Made by a program: the position numbers and the translations under genes | Shown: positions 55,446 through 64,000 of the stretch, piece after piece | How the letters are laid out: every line of letters starts with the position of its first letter | Numbering within the stretch: the first letter of the stretch is position 1 | Source of the DNA: Octopus sinensis | Taxonomy: Eukaryota | DNA: 64,000 nt | Reading direction: 5' to 3' | NCBI RefSeq assembly: GCF_006345805.1 | Contig: NC_043004.1 | Coordinates: 104,780,001 to 104,844,000 of the forward strand | Notes under the pieces: model-generated | Told to the model about the DNA's origin: nothing | Database searches by the model: none | The model's input: the letters and a program-made list of their open reading frames with translations, nothing else

Positions 55446-56489
55446 CAGTTATGCTACTGTTGCTGCTGCTGCGGCTACTGCTGCTGGTGTTCTTCTTGTT
55501 GGGTTCTTGTTAAATTCTTTCCAACCACTAGAATTTTCTGAATTAATCACCAGAATAATTTTAAATATTCTACACTGATGTAGTTTCGCATGCTTGATGA
55601 GCGAGATCACAGTCATTTTCTCAGTATGCAAAACTAGATCAAAACTGCATTTAAAAAAAAATAATCTGGTGTAAATTTGAAAAAAACTTGAAGGTTTTTC
55701 GAAGAAATTTAACAAGATTCTCTCACACTGATATTCGGAATGATGAAAAAAACGATATGTATTCAACGGTATACAATTCACAACGGTCTAAAAAGATAGA
55801 ATCCTTCAAGACACCCTAATAGGAGTGTTTCATATAAGGCACCGAAATATAAATATTGATTTAAAAGTTTGGCACAAAGCCAGCAATTCCGTGGTTGATA
55901 GTAAGCCGATTACTAAATGTTCAACTGGTACTTATTCTATCAACCCCGAAAGAATGAGAAGCTAAGTCAATCCCGGTGAGATTTGAACTCAGAACGTGAA
56001 ATCAAGAGAAATGTCATTTAGCATTTTGTCCAGCTCGGTAACGATTCTGCCAGTTCGCCGCCTTAACTTAAATAAAATATCAATCAACGGAATATCGAAA
56101 CATGGCATACGCCATTCACATTACGAAAACCTATGGATATGTTATGGATATGTCTGTAGTAACCAAGAATGACTCTGCTAAGTCGAAAACTGACAAACTA
56201 AACACTTTAATGGCAAACCTCAGAGTAACGTAGTATGTGATCTACTTTTGCTAACCTTATAAACAGTGGTAGCGTATACCTTCTTTTTTTCTGCCACATG
56301 AATGTATACGTTCAAGATGTATAAGGAAACTAAAAAAAAAGTTTATATCTCAAAATATAATACCAATGAAATACATAGGAATAAAAGTTTTAAAGAGATG
56401 ATGAAAAATAGAAGATAATAAAATAGCTAAGGCCACTATGAGGCAAAATAACAAAGTATTTGATATCATAATGTTTGTAGACAACATAC

Positions 56490-56738
56490 CTCATAGTAAA
56501 ATAATTAATTGTTAAGAAAAAATCTTTCAAGAATTTTCGTTCAATATAACGTGGAAAAAAGCAGATATATCGATCGTAGTAAGTTCTATCCACTTCATAG
56601 GTACGCATGTAAAACAATTGCAAAGTATAAGTCCCTCCATCCAACAAAATAAAATACGTATAAATGTAAATTAAAAAACATAGCATATCGGATAAAGTAA
56701 CAAGAAAAATCGTGAACAAACCTCCAAACGAAATTTTC
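56490..56738 (-). other. Candidate 249-bp coding exon of an unidentified host gene
   Basis: Branch-point-like CTAAC plus pyrimidine tract plus TAG acceptor; open frame of 82 codons (KISFGGLFTIF...NYFTM); AG|GTATGT donor; phase 2-2. No recognisable homology. Confidence 0.28.
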
Positions 56739-57539
56739 CTAGTGGAGACAGTTAGGGGTATAGGTGAAAGAATCAATGATCAGTGGAACATCTCTTCCGG
56801 AAAAATATATCTATATGTAACCAACGTGCATTAGATAAACGCGGCGAATCAAAAAAGATATAATGTGGATATTATTTGTACACAGCTTTATAATCCACAA
56901 AAAAGACAGGTTACTGAATCAGTTTACATACAAGAGTACAAACCTAGTTTTAACCGTAGTCTTAATGGAGTGAAACCAATGCAACATATTTAACAAATAC
57001 GTATATTCCTCGCTAGGTCAGCTTCAGTTATACACACACACACGGACACACACGGACACACATACACACATTTGCACGCACGTACGCACACACTCGCGCA
57101 ATCATTCATTCTTTACTATAACGGTTGAAACATTCACTTTAGCAAGACTCCAATATTCAGTGTTATAAAATAGACAACTATTTTAAACAGACTTTGAGAC
57201 AATTGTTATATACATAGCGAACGATGTCAATAAACTTTCAAAGCTCGAACCAGGAGAAGAAGCAAAAATATTAATATTGATTACTATAAACAATACCAAT
57301 GATAATGAATAAATATTGCAAGCAGTACATTGGGCTGAAAAGGTGAATAAGGAAGAGTGGGGGGAAACAAAAGCACATTGAATCGGATAGAAACAAAAGC
57401 TCAAATAATAACAATACACTTCTCAAATCCAAAGTTTTAAAAAAATGTAAATTCACTCACAAACAGCAAAGGGAAAATAGTTCAAAACATTAAAAAACAA
57501 ACTATTTTACATATATCAAACTGACATGTTGAATGTATA

Positions 57540-57716
57540 GGCGCAGGAGTGGCTGTGTGGTAAGTAGCTTGCTAACCAACCACATGGTTCCGGGTTCAGT
57601 CCCACTGCGTGGCACCTTGAGCAAGTGTCTTCTGCTATAGCCCCGGGCCGACCAATGCCTTGTGAGTGGATTTGGTAGACGGAAACTGAAAGAAGCCTAT
57701 CGTATATATGTATATA

Positions 57717-57751
<35 letters not shown>

Positions 57752-57986
57752 ATATATATATATGTATGTGGTGGGTTCGTGTGTCTGTGTTTGTCCCCCT
57801 AGCATTGCTTGACAACCGATGCTGGTGTGTTTACGTCCCCGTCACTTAGCGGTTCGGCAAAAGAGACCGATAGAATAAGTACTGGGCTTACAAAGAATAA
57901 GTACCAGGGTCGATTTGCTCGACTAAAGGCGGTGCTCCAGCATGGCCGCAGTCAAATGACTGAAACAAGTAAAAGAGTAAAAGAGT
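57540..57986 (+). mobile_element. SINE family A, full length, little diverged
   Basis: Complete head ggcgcaggagtggctgtgtggtaag...gggttcagtccc, CORE-like ggcaccttgagcaagtgtctt, central (TA)n, tail. Confidence 0.92.
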
Positions 57987-59308
57987 ATAATAATTAGACA
58001 TATAAACAAAAGAAGAAGTAAATGTAAAAGAACGTAAAGAAAGTAACCCTCGATGTTTATAAACTCTAGCTATTAACAGATTTTGCTACAAATACAATTA
58101 AATAGTTTTAGTAACCAGGTTACGAGAGTTTTTTGACACTTCATAATAGACAATATTGTAGTGAAAAATTGGGTATAATAGGTTTTTGTACAGCCTTAAA
58201 TGCTTAAGAGGATAAAGAGGAAACATACATAAACACACACACACACATATATACATATATAAACATACTATATATATATATGTATGTATGTACGTATGTA
58301 TGTATGTATGTATGTATATACATTTGCACATACACACATGCCAACACACGTACACTTATAAAGCATACACGTGTGTATATACATACACACACACTGCTAG
58401 TGAGTAGAATGATCACACGGGAGGGTGGACTCTGTCTATCTGTTTCATTGACTCTCTCTGAACTATACCTTCCTAAATATGTAACAGATACATACGCGAG
58501 CATGCACACACATGCACACACACACACCACACACACACGCACGCAAACAGACGCACACATACATACACACACACACACACACACAAGCTTCTTTCTTTGC
58601 TTTTTATCTGACAATTTAATCCACTTAGTAGATGTTTGTGGTTGCATTGTTTCAATAAGGAAGTATGCAAAGAACGTGATATAATAAACGAGTGTGTGCG
58701 TGTGTGTGTGTTTCTATGTGTATTTGTATGGGTGCGCATAAACAGAAAAAGTGAGACAGCAAAAGACGTCCATACAAACATGCATGCATACATGTATACG
58801 TACATACGTACATATGTATATGCACACATACATATGTACATACATACATGCGTACATACATAATGCACGCATACATACATACATACATACATACATACAT
58901 GCATGCATACATAGATACATACATACATACATACATACATACATACATACATACATACATACATACATGCATGCATACATAGATACATACATACATACAT
59001 ACATACATGCATGCATACATAGATACATACATACATACATACATACATACATACATACATACATACATGCATACATAGATACATACATACATACATACAT
59101 ACATACATGCATGCATACATAGATACATATACATACCTACATACATACATACATGCATGCATACATAGATACTACATACATACATGCATACATACATACA
59201 TACATACATACATACATACATACATACATACATACGTAAACATACTACATACAATACATACATACATACCATACATACATACATACATACATACATACAT
59301 ACATACAT

Positions 59309-59858
59309 AAAGAGAAGAAAAAGAAGAGAACTGCGTAGAGTACTAGAAATCAACAGCCCTGCGGATGTTAACATGAAGCTAAAGACCAGCGAAAAGGAAA
59401 TACATACGCTGAACTAGTGAGAAATCTGAAGTTGCTCTAACCCAGATTACAAATTCTGGTTTATACAAGTATTTGCTGGGCCCTGGGATATGTAACACAC
59501 TGCCCAAGTACCAGTCTTGATAAATTAGGTTTCTAAAACCCAGAGAGGAGAAAGTTGATTCGAAGACTACAGATCCAAGCCATCACAGAAATTGTAAAAA
59601 ATTGTAAAACTTTCCAGAAGTTTATCATTTAAGTATACATGCGCACGTCTAGACATACAACTATCTGCATGAGAATGCATACATAAAAGAAAACATACAA
59701 ATCTGCACATGCGGTGACTCCGAATACTGCACATATACATACGTACCGAAACACCTTTTTGGTGTTGTTGAAATTCCAATAAAGGAGCCTTGGATCTAGG
59801 TTAGAAACCGATTCTTTCTCTATTGGCAAGAAATCTTGAACTAAAACTGAATAATGAC
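59309..59858 (+). mobile_element. R4/Dong-type element, third (5'-truncated, more diverged) copy in (CATA)n
   Basis: Homologous to the endonuclease C-terminus and 3' UTR of the other two copies; ends aataatgac; long (CATA)n on both sides. Confidence 0.82.
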
Positions 59859-60150
59859 ATACATACATACATACATACATACATACATACATACAAGCAT
59901 ACATACATACATACATACATACATACATACACACATACACACATACATACATACATACATACATACATACACACATACATACATACATACATACATACAT
60001 ACATACATACATACATACATACATACGTACGTACGTACGTACATATAGGTATAAACACTCATATATATATATTATCTATGTGTGTGTGCTTGTGTGCGTG
60101 CAATGTATGTGCTTATGTATGAGAGTTTGTATATATATATAATATATATA

Positions 60151-60350
60151 GTTGACGAGTTTCTTCCTCCGTCCTCTCTTCTATTGGACTTTCCTCTGTT
60201 TCCGAAGAAGAGCGTCTGCTCGAAACGTTAAACCATCTTTCTTTCCTTCCCTGAGCGTCTGCTAAAGCTTTACATGTACCACGTCCTCGCGTTGTTCTGT
60301 TTTTTTTTTTTGTGTGTGTGTTCGTTCTTCTTTTTCGTTCTGTTTTCGTA
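60151..60350 (+). mobile_element. Penelope-like pseudo-LTR fragment (family differs from the 31-36 kb element)
   Basis: Contains a minimal hammerhead; follows (TA)n; architecture shared with 18912-19110. Confidence 0.6.
60197..60234 (+). ncRNA. Minimal type I hammerhead ribozyme (CCGAAGA core)
   Basis: Stem I gttt/aaac; ccgaaga; stem II gagc-gtct-gctc; gaaa; palindromic stem III acgt; GUU site. Confidence 0.6.
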
Positions 60351-60439
60351 AACAAACATGGAAAGACAAGTTTTAAAAAATGTATGAAATGCACAGACGA
60401 AGGGAAAACATATATTAAATGCACTGGTGAACGGAAAAC

Positions 60440-60570
60440 CGACAAAGGTTTCTAATGTGTGTGTGTGTGTGGTGTGTGCGTGTGTGTGTGTGTATGTGTG
60501 TGTGTGTGTGTGTGTATGTGTGTGTGTGTGTATGTGTATGTGTGTGTGTGTGTGTGTATGTGTGTGCGTA

Positions 60571-60634
<64 letters not shown>

Positions 60635-60760
60635 GTGTGTGTGTGTGTGTGTATGTGTGTGTGTGTGTATGTGTGTGTGTATGTGTGTGTGTGTGTGTGT
60701 GTATGTGTGTGTGTGTATGTGTGTGTGTGCGTATGTGTGTGTGTGTGTGTGTGTGTCCCC
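60440..60760. repeat. Long interrupted (TG)n tract
   Basis: Directly visible. Confidence 0.95.
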
Positions 60761-60924
60761 GAAGTTGCATAGAAACGTACAGCTGAGCGACTGCATCGGT
60801 GTGATGGCTTTATGCCGAAGTAACAGGGGTTCACTTGCATACGTGCCCTACACAGAAAGATCGATAATATTTACAGTAAGGTAGATAGTATGTTATGCTT
60901 GTGTGTGTGAGCAAACATCAATGA

Positions 60925-61140
60925 TAATTATTGTATAATGTATTCAATTAGTGATGATCAAATGGGAGGGTGAGTGGAGTCTACAGCATAGAGTACACTC
61001 AACCGAAGACTCCGCTTACCTCAAGGGAAGGGTGTGTTAATAAACTTACACTGCAGTTTGTAAAGTATTCTAATATCATAAACAACGTTAAGAAAAAGTT
61101 CCATATGACACGAATTCTATTAATCACAAACCTACCCTTC

Positions 61141-61199
<59 letters not shown>

Positions 61200-61620
61200 C
61201 CTGATCTCGGTTGCTTTTAACGAAGGTCAATTTTAACGGGTGCGGTAAGTGTACCGAGTTAATTGCTTCACGTGGAAAACGATTTCATAGAATTAAAAGG
61301 TTTACCGTGTCCCCTCTTGTCCTTTTCCATTTTTTCTTTCTCATTACTCTCTCATTGATGCCCAGCCCATTTTCGTCAAAAAATCATTTTCAGCCAATCA
61401 CGTCATAAACCATAACACTGCTTTATCCTGGTCGCTTGTCATAGTCCACCTCGACATGGACATGAAGAAACAAGACTGCGCTGACCTATTGCTCTGTATG
61501 TCTTTGCATTTAAAGATAAGTCGCTTTTATTAAACACATCAAAAAATTGTTTACATTTACTAAATAAAAACGGACTTTGAGGAAACTAGTGGCTGTATAC
61601 ATTGCCTAAATTAAATATAA
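60925..61620. repeat. Copy 2 of the ~700-bp direct duplication
   Basis: See 54740-55445. Confidence 0.85.
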
Positions 61621-62095
61621 TTCGCAATTGTAAATAAATTTACTGTTGCTGTTATTGTTAGAGAAGACGACCGTTCTTGCGTTTCAAGCAGGACTCCTCT
61701 TCAGGAAATGAAAAAATTATCTGAAGAAAGTTTACAATTCACATTGTAACAAATGGGTGAGTCAGCGAGGTAGCTTCAACACAGTCGCTCAAATTGCGAG
61801 AAAAATCGGCCAGATCTTTCTTATATATCACCCAAGTTTTATTATTTTTTTTTTTAAATGAATAGATTGGATAATATATTCAAGAGATGATCGCGGGCGG
61901 AAAGCCTTTGAGCATAATTGCATGATCAAAGGCGATCAACTGAACAATAACAGCAACAACAAGAGTAAGAGTACTTATAAATGGAGACCAAGTAGACATG
62001 AAAAATGAGACAAAATAAAGCATAAAGTGGTGAGTGCAGAAACATATACAGGCAGTCGCTCGTTTATGTATGTTAGTGAAGGCAGATGGCATGAT

Positions 62096-63454
62096 GGACA
62101 ATTATGCAAATGAGATGGTTACTAAATGAGACTACGTATGCAAATTAACTACTCTCTTTAAAAATAATTATTAAACAAATCAACTAGCCGAATTCAAGAG
62201 TAATTTTGTAAATAATGCTCCTGCTTAAGCAGGGGCTTTAGCTGCAAAATTATAATAATCTGTTGACTATTCTAGTATTTAACCTGAACCAATGGAGATA
62301 TTTGCTTTTTCTTAGCATACAAGTGTTTCAAATTCCATGTCTTTTAATACTTTCTGATATGATATCGGAAGTAATTCTGGCAAATATAATTTAGCAACTC
62401 TCAAATTTATTTGACTTTGCTAATTTAAAAGAACTAGGCATTTAATCCGATACATGATGGGAAGTGTTTTACAGTCTCGATAGGTTTTTAAGGACAACTA
62501 GCCAAGTGGTTATCTGTTCGCATTCTATAACCTCCCTTAAGTTGGGTCGACGACCAATACACCTAATCTCTCCAATGTCTCAATGCACCTAATCATTGTA
62601 GCGATAACCTACTTTGTATATTTAACGTTTTAATAGCAAGAGTCTTATTTGTAAAATTAGTCTTAGATTCGGAAAATTCAAAGTGAGTAGTTCATTTGCA
62701 TACGTAGCCTCCTGTGGCAGCAACCTTATTTGCATAAATTCTCTCTTAGTAACAGTGACTTCAATAACGTACTCACTCTTATCGTAACGAGTACCTCAAT
62801 GTGTGCGCATGTGTCGCACTCCGTCGGTTACGACGACGAGGGTTCCAGTGGATCCGATCAACGGAAGAGCCTGCTCGTTAAATTAACGTGCAAGTGGGTG
62901 AGCATTCCACAGACACGTGTACCCTTAAAATAGTTCTCGGGGAGATTCAGTGTGATACAGAACGTGACAAGGCTGGCCCTTTGAAATACAGGTACTACTC
63001 GTTTTTGCCAGCTGGGTGGACTGCAACAATGTGAAATGAAGAGTCTGGCTTAAGGACACAACGGGAATCGAACTGACGGCCTTACGATCGTGAACCAATT
63101 GCCCTAACCACTAAGCCTTCGCGGGTACCTCAAATATCTCAGTTGCATAAGTGTGCTTTAGTAAGAAAAAATACATCATTTTCTTATTGAACCTTAATAG
63201 CGGTGACCTCATTTCCTTTCTTACATTCTTACTTAATTGGCATATTTTATATTTTTAGTACGGAAGATTCATTCTCATATTTACACTTTTAGTAGCAAGG
63301 AACAAATCAAAACTTTACCTTTTTTAAAGGCGACATAATTTACAAGCTTAGCATCGTATCTGAAAGAAACCTATTTGAATAATTAACCTCTTAATAGCAG
63401 CGACCTCGTTTATATACCCTCTTAGCAGGGTAGACTTCATTTGCATATTTACCC
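62096..63454. mobile_element. Putative non-autonomous DNA element with octamer-containing subterminal repeats, interrupted by a SINE
   Basis: Left end ggacaattatgcaaatgag and right end ttcatttgcatatttaccc are inverted; ~30-bp unit cctcttaatagcagtgacctcatttgcata recurs degenerately; no TSD found. Confidence 0.45.
62780..63125 (-). mobile_element. SINE family C with a fourth, long tail
   Basis: tRNA head at 63060-63125 on minus strand (ggcttagtggttagggc...gttcgattccc), gtgtccttaagccagac, cagctggcaaaaa. Confidence 0.75.
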
Positions 63455-63649
63455 AGTTAGTTACAGTAAACTTGTTTGTGTACTTATATTAATTGCGCCG
63501 ACCTGAATTTCGTATTTTTAAACGATGTTCGTAACAATCTCTCTTCACAATAATTTTCCAAGTGTTTTGTTGACTATTTCATTATCGTGGGACTGTCGAT
63601 TATTCTGGAATTTATCCTTATTCTATTGGTTTCTTTTTGACAAATCGCT

Positions 63650-63882
63650 ATATTGTGGGGACTAAACAAACGAGCATCGGTTGTCAAGTGATGGTGGGAG
63701 ACAAACACAAACACACACGAGAGCTTCCACGCAGTTTACGTTTACGAAATTCACTCAAAGGCATTTGTCAGTCCAAGTCTATAGTGGAAAACGCTTGCCC
63801 AAGATGCTACGTAGTGGGATTGAACACGAACCGACATCGTCGCTAAGTGAGTTTTTTTAACCACGCAACCATGCCTGCACCT
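63650..63882 (-). mobile_element. Degenerate SINE family A
   Basis: gcatcggttgtcaagtgatg and cttgcccaag...gtgggattgaac motifs. Confidence 0.65.
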
Positions 63883-64000
63883 ATAGATGTTTAGCTTTTT
63901 AATAAACCCTTATTAATGACAGTAGGACACTCGAAAACAATACTGAACATTGTGAGATTTTATTTTTATCCTTTCTCTCTCTCAAGAGACTAAAGCAATA

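Noticed and set aside
56390-56776. Assignment of this ORF to bestrophin, a GPCR, SLC6 or a TRP channel
   Set aside because: Only scattered residue-level resemblance; the diagnostic motifs (e.g. RWRGSIYK, SFVLGFYV) are absent.

Overview
Eukaryotic, AT-rich, extremely microsatellite-dense genomic DNA. The tRNA-derived SINE families and overall composition point to a coleoid cephalopod, most likely Octopus (inferred from repeat content, not verified). I recognise no host protein-coding gene; most ORFs in the six-frame track are translations of (TA)n, (CATA)n, (CA)n and (TCTA)n repeats. The window is a transposon landscape: more than 30 SINE copies from at least three families, a mariner with three nested insertions, Tc1/hAT/piggyBac remnants, two Helitron copies, several MITEs and an RTE LINE fragment with C-terminal zinc fingers. 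Main observations: (1) a ~4.9 kb near-perfect palindrome (31203-36068) made of two arms of a young Penelope-like element (RT + GIY-YIG), inserted into the (TA)n tract of a SINE, with a variant hammerhead ribozyme (core CCGAAGA, GUU site) in each arm; (2) three copies of an R4/Dong-type retroelement, all embedded in (CATA)n tracts, suggesting microsatellite targeting; (3) an 852-bp foldback element with an 8-bp TSD and internal telomeric TTAGGG repeats; (4) an old ~700-bp non-coding duplication that retains a splice donor, an E-box and a CCAAT motif; (5) weak evidence for minus-strand exons of an unidentified host transcript.
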